64,000 nt of DNA, from NCBI GenBank assembly GCA_963707915.1, contig OY970178.1, forward strand, positions 1,600,001 to 1,664,000, in the 5' to 3' direction. A program made the translations under genes and the position numbers. This document shows, in pieces, positions 60,839-64,000 of this stretch. The notes under the pieces were generated by a model that saw only the letters and a program-made list of their open reading frames with translations, did no database searches and was not told the origin of the DNA. Numbering within the stretch: the first letter of the stretch is position 1; each line of letters begins with the position of its first letter. This DNA comes from Candidatus Eiseniibacteriota bacterium (lineage in GTDB: Bacteria > Eisenbacteria > RBG-16-71-46).

Positions 60839-60989
60839 TCTGGCAGGGCGGGACCGGCGGGGCCGCGGCTCAAGCGCGCGCCGCGGCCGCCGACACTGGA
60901 AGGTGGACGAGTACGGCCGGGCCGGTGGCGAACCGGGCGGCCGTCCCGTCCGGCGGCCGCTGCGCCGCCATCGTCACGGGGGGCACGAC

Positions 60990-62548
<1,559 letters not shown>

Positions 62549-62550
62549 GG

Positions 62551-64000
62551 TCAGGCCGCCTCGTCGAAGAGCACGAAGGAGTCGAGCGCCGGGGTGACGA
62601 GCTGCTTGCGGATCTCGAGGTCGAAGTGCGTCTCCTCGCGCGCCAGGTCGTCGGCCGCACTGCCGCCGACCGCGCGGACGAGCGCGCGCCCGGTGGTGGC
62701 GTGGAACAGCACCTCGACCGGCGAGCTGCCGCCCAGCCGGCTGCTCACCAGCGGGATGTTCTCCTTCTCGAGGAAGTCCCGGATGAACTGGGCGTTCTTG
62801 CGGGGCACTTCCGGGCTCAGCCCGACGCGCGCCAGCACGTGGGCGGCCCCGAAGGCCTTCGCCTCGAGGCGCCGGCGGTCCCCGCCCAGCTTGGCGATGT
62901 CGTTGATCAGCATCTCCATGGCGTTCACTCCGTAGCGGGTGGGCAGCTCGGCGTCGGCCAGTCCGTCGGGCAGCATGAAGTGGTTGATGCCCCCGATGCG
63001 CGCCACCGGATCGAAGAGGCAGGCGCAGACGCAGGAGCCCAGCACGGTGCGCAGCTCGACCGGCTCGGCGCTCGCCCGCACCCCGCCGATCGTGACGTGG
63101 ATGCGCGCGGACCGCGGCCCGGCCGCCACAGCGGCCGCGGCCCGCGCCGGTCCGACCCGCCGGCCGCTCGCCTCGGCCAGGGCGCGGCGCGTCCCGGGCG
63201 GCAGGTGGATGCGGCCCGCCCGCCCGGCGGGAGCGGGCACGGCGTCCGTCCCGGCCGCGCCGGCGCACTCCGCAGCGGTCGCGGGCGCGGGCCCGGCGGC
63301 CACGGCCGGGCCGCCCGCCGCGACCCGTCCGGTGCGCTCGGCCGCGCCGCGCAACCGGTAGATGGTGCCCCGCAGCGGCTCGAACACGTGCATGTGGGAC
63401 TGCAGGCTCTCCGAGTGCCCGAGGAACAGGTACCCGCCCTCCGCCAGCCGCTCGGCGAACGACTCGACGATCGTCTTCACCGTCTCCCGGTCGAAGTAGA
63501 TCAGGACGTTGCGGCAGAAGATGAGGTCGAACGGGCCGGGCACCCGCCACGGCTTCTCGATCAGGTTGAAGCGGCGGAAGGTGACCAGGTCGCGCAGCTC
63601 GCTCTTGACCCGCGCCATGCCGCCGTTCGCGCCCGAGCCGCGCTGGAAGAACCGCTTGCGCAACTCGGCCGGCACCGGCTGGAGGAGATCGATCGGGGTA
63701 GACCCCCTGCTGGGCACGCGCCAGCACCTGCGTGTCGAGATCGGTCGCGAGGATCTCGAAGCTCCACCCGGCCGGGTTCTCGAACCCCGAGAGCAGGGTC
63801 ATCGCCAGCGTGTAGGGCTCCTCGCCCGACGAGCAACCGGCGCTCCAGATGCGCAGTCGCCTCGGCCCGCCCCTCAGGCTGCGCTCGCGGAGCTCGGGGA
63901 AGACCCGGGTCCTCATGAAGTCGAAGTGGTGGGACTCGCGGAAGAAGTCGGTCTTGTTCGTGGTGATGCAGTTGAGCATCTCCCGCAGCTCGCTGCCGTC
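62551..64000 (-). CDS. cheR: CheR methyltransferase fused to CheD deamidase (5' end outside the window), frameshift near 63695
   Basis: TTNKTDFFRE, WSAGCSSGEEPY, IFCRNVLIYFD, LGHSESL; Ala-rich linker; then TVLGSCV..CLFD...NHFMLP...YG..AME, all in one frame. Confidence 0.88.

Overview
Very GC-rich (roughly 70%) bacterial DNA. The many secreted proteins ending in a FlgD-Ig/T9SS-type-A-like C-terminal domain (CTD) suggest a Candidatus Eisenbacteria-like lineage, which is an inference only. Core and metabolic genes: HI0933-like flavoprotein, NUDIX-MBL fusion, lat with an Lrp regulator, HAD hydrolase, MCP, M48 peptidase, UdgB, APC permease, FabI, AspT/YidE-type antiporter, acyl-CoA dehydrogenase, two tandem PiT genes with DUF47, DoxX, a class V PLP enzyme, CheB and a CheR-CheD fusion. 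Highlights: (1) a cobalamin riboswitch upstream of a BtuB-like receptor and a BtuG-like beta-propeller that has a secretion CTD instead of a lipid anchor; (2) a lower-GC three-gene island beside a broken tRNA-Ser(CGA) with att-like repeats, encoding a possible adaptor/anchor pair; (3) a second lower-GC island with a SUEL-lectin metalloprotease and a large subtilase; (4) a divergent ygeW/arcC/M20 cluster resembling anaerobic purine/ureide catabolism, with a second pseudo-ATCase and two fold-type-II PLP enzymes; (5) eight CTD-bearing secreted proteins in total. Many genes carry single-base frameshifts that are probably long-read consensus errors.
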